In this document: in pieces, positions 61,385 through 64,000 of the stretch
Numbering within the stretch: the first letter of the stretch is position 1
Layout: each line of letters begins with the position of its first letter
Source of the DNA: Candidatus Bathyarchaeota archaeon
GTDB lineage: Archaea; Thermoproteota; Bathyarchaeia; Bathyarchaeales; Bathycorpusculaceae
Assembly (NCBI GenBank): GCA_963720565.1
Contig: CAVRFW010000006.1
Coordinates: forward strand, 25,944 to 89,943
Length of the DNA: 64,000 bases
Reading direction: 5' to 3'
Made by a program: the position numbers and the translations under genes
The notes under the pieces: model-generated
Database searches by the model: none
What the model was told of the DNA's origin: nothing
What the model saw: only the letters and a program-made list of their open reading frames with translations

Positions 61385-61894
61385 TCAGCTTGGTTGCAAG
61401 GGAATTACCCAGAAGCTGATAATGTCGCCTTTAACCCATTTGCCCCCTACGCTTTTCACAACATCATTTATTTCATCCCATTCAGCCTTCAAGTACTGAA
61501 CAGGCTTAACCACCACATAATCGCCTTCCACAGTGAAGCTTAGCAACGCGCGTTGTTCGGCACTGAATTCCTTCTCCACTCCGCCTGTGCCCTGACTTAT
61601 CTGAGTCCTGGTTCTTTCCACGGGTTTAGGCTCAGGCTTAAGACTTGTCTTGGGCTGCGACACAGACTTAGAGGTTTCAGGATATATTATGTTTAATTCT
61701 GGAATCGGGAAGGATTCTCCAACATCTTCAAAGCTGTCGCTTCTAACTACCGCAGAGACCTGCTTCGAAAAAGGATCGTACTTTATCGCAAGAAGCTCAA
61801 GATCACTCGGCAGGTTAGAAGGGCAACATGACGTTTTTCCCCGCAATGCGTCCAAAAGGAATTCAGGGCTAAGTTTTATCATCCTCGTCTTCAT
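61385..61894 (-). CDS. Hypothetical two-domain protein with a Pro/Lys linker
   Basis: 169-aa ORF; GAGTGA and TTTTAAG upstream. Confidence 0.7.
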   Translation of the reverse strand: MKTRMIKLSPEFLLDALRGKTSCCPSNLPSDLELLAIKYDPFSKQVSAVVRSDSFEDVGESFPIPELNIIYPETSKSVSQPKTSLKPEPKPVERTRTQISQGTGGVEKEFSAEQRALLSFTVEGDYVVVKPVQYLKAEWDEINDVVKSVGGKWVKGDIISFWVIPLQPS

Positions 61895-62212
61895 ATTTCA
61901 ATCACTCTCAAAGTCACGTTTCTAACTGCAGTCAAACAACTTAAAAGTATTGTCAACAACTCGGCAAACCTACTTGCATAATCTAGATTATTGGCTGCAG
62001 ATACAGAAATGAAGTCAGGCCTATATCTATGCGATTTCTCATCGGACTTGTACGACAAGTCGTAAATTTCGGATTATGTGTCTTAGTTGGCAGAACAAAA
62101 ACAGGCTAGAAACATTGTTCTTTTTCTACCAAGCCTAAGCTAATGCAATGGTAAACTCATGTTTATCATATAGAGATACTTAGTATCTGTAAAAGCGAGC
62201 GAATCCGGAAAT

Positions 62213-63005
62213 ATGGAAGTCTCAAAATTATCGAGTGCATTTGATATTGAAATTGTTTTTCCAGAGGGCTTCTCGTTTTTTGAACCTTATCTTCAATACT
62301 TTGTCAGGGAGGTTCTTGAGATAGGAGGCGAGGCCTACGTATCTATGGCTCTCTGACGGTAATATTTCTGGATTATTCATCTATGATGACTTTGAGAAGT
62401 CTGGAACGGTTTTCACGAGATCGAGGGAAGTATTTGACTACTTTTACGGATCGAAGCCGTTCAATTTTCTTTTTGCAGAGCTGAAAACTGAAGCCGAACA
62501 CGAAATCTACAACATACATAGTATAAACCTGGAAAAACACGACATCGTTCACAGGTTCAGCCATGAAATCTCAATGGCTAGCGATGAGCAAACAAGTGAA
62601 ATAGAACGGTTCATGGTTCTGGCGCACCCTGAAATAAACAGGAAATGGACAAGAGTCGCGCTAAAGTACGGAGACAAATGCTTCACTGTCAGGTTAGACA
62701 GCGAGATTGCCGGTTTAGGCTGGGCTTCATGTGTTAACGGCACCGGAAGAGTTCACTCTCTTTTTGTGCAACCTCAATTCAGGAAACTAGGCATAGGCGA
62801 GGACATCCTCTACGCACGACTTCTGTGGTTGAAGTCAAAACATGCACGCCTAGTATTCTCAGAAATAGCCCACGACAATTCTCCCTCTTCAAGAATCGCC
62901 ACGAAAGCGCAAATGATGGTGTGTGGGCAAGTTTACCAATACTTCAAGAAGAAAACAGCAAGCAACGAACCCGCCAACGTCTATCTTCGGGGAGCCCCAC
63001 AGTAA
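62213..63005 (+). CDS. GNAT-family acetyltransferase, frameshift near 62351
   Basis: LFVQPQFRKLGIG and NSPSSRIA. The frame is open upstream of 62574 and joins the ATG at 62213 after removing one base. Confidence 0.8.
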
Positions 63006-64000
63006 GGACAATTCGTAACGCGTGAATCTATCAATGCTCCGCAGTATTGGCAGTTTACTTTTACTATTTCTTTGACCACGATTTGCTGTACTGGAGCCTG
63101 CTTCGGAGTCAGATCAATATCCTCCCGCGGGGGCGGTGGCGGCTGATCACTCGGAGGCGTATAAACCGGACGCTGAGCTGGGTGTCTTGGAAGCCTTCTT
63201 CTACCTCTTGAAACAGCGTAGACAATCAAAACAACTCCAACGACTACGAGTACTACCACAATGAGAACAGCATACTTCAGCAACTCTGAGAAGAAATCAG
63301 GCACGGTTGGCGGGCCCGTCTGCAACTGATAACTTGCTTCGTTGATGTACAGCTTTTCAGTGTAGGTGAATCCTGTTCCCGAAGGATTGGTATCATGCTC
63401 AGTGTAATCGTAACCTATGATGTAGCCTGAGACAGGATCAAAATATGCACTCCAAGTATACGTAGCGGTGAATTGCCCGTACTCGTCGTTTCTCTGGTAA
63501 CTCCCGTCGCCCTGAGTGAAAATCGCATACACATTTCTGTCCTCTGATGGAAGGAAATAACTATACTCCTTAGACTTCACAGTCATCAGAGTGTCCAGAA
63601 GATAGAAGGAGCCGCTTTCAGGAATTGCAGTATCCATGCAGAACCACACAGTTGGATTCACGTATCCAACTTGGTCGTCAGTTCCGTTGACGTATCGAAA
63701 CGTGTTTGAGGAAAAAGTAAAGTCGCCCGATGAACTGCCACTGTCGGTTGAACCGTCATTGCTGCTGAAATCCCAACTGTAACTGAAGTGAACAGATACG
63801 ATTCCGTCCCCAGTCACTCCGTTAACATTTTCCGTTCCAGTTACCACAGTGTGCTCTGTGTATCCGGCATAATCTCCCGAACCGCTTCCCACGTCAATAA
63901 CCTCATAGTAGCTGAAATAGTCCCCTTGATGAGGAACAAATGCGGAGAAGGCGTGACTCGGTAACAGAACAAAGCACAGCAAGAGTGCGATCATAACAAT
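62981..64000 (-). CDS. Membrane protein with extracellular domain, TM helix, Pro-rich linker and zinc ribbon; 5' end probably outside the window
   Basis: Signal-like N-terminus, TM AVLIVVVLVVVGVVLIVY, and CQYC...CPYC. Confidence 0.8.
   Translation of the reverse strand: MVMIALLLCFVLLPSHAFSAFVPHQGDYFSYYEVIDVGSGSGDYAGYTEHTVVTGTENVNGVTGDGIVSVHFSYSWDFSSNDGSTDSGSSSGDFTFSSNTFRYVNGTDDQVGYVNPTVWFCMDTAIPESGSFYLLDTLMTVKSKEYSYFLPSEDRNVYAIFTQGDGSYQRNDEYGQFTATYTWSAYFDPVSGYIIGYDYTEHDTNPSGTGFTYTEKLYINEASYQLQTGPPTVPDFFSELLKYAVLIVVVLVVVGVVLIVYAVSRGRRRLPRHPAQRPVYTPPSDQPPPPPREDIDLTPKQAPVQQIVVKEIVKVNCQYCGALIDSRVTNCPYCGAPRR

Noticed and set aside
1..64000. CRISPR array, transposase, rRNA, or reverse transcriptase/DGR
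   Set aside because: No regularly spaced repeats, terminal inverted repeats, rRNA-like segments or RT motifs seen by eye.

Overview
An archaeal chromosomal segment, most consistent with Bathyarchaeia (TACK). The basis is an unsplit rpoB, intron-bearing tRNA, short P0, PQQ-like beta-propeller and CARDB surface proteins, and a PolB2 operon. Housekeeping blocks: rpoB; rpl10-rpl1-rpl11-spt5-secE; mre11-rad50; ligase; MEMO1-rps2-eno; rpoN-rps9-rpl13-rpl18e-rpoD-rps11-rps4-rps13. There are three tRNAs, Leu(CAA) with two introns, Asn(GTT) and Ala(GGC), and a four-gene pyruvate/2-oxoacid:ferredoxin oxidoreductase operon. The most unusual locus is a six-gene operon (9878-14934). It joins a BzdP/BzdQ-type ATPase pair and a BzdM-like ferredoxin to a single double-cubane-type reductase, a membrane polyferredoxin and a CcdA/DsbD-like protein, and no BzdN/BzdO pair is present. 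Also notable: a pilin / Roadblock / Roadblock-beta-barrel / wHTH cluster (53751-56876), a RadA-like / small partner / PolB2 operon preceded by a TTTCACTTTCA box, and a probable CTG start for rps11. About nine genes, including essential rps4, are broken by single extra bases, which points to assembly indel errors. Family calls come from motif recognition by eye, not database searches.
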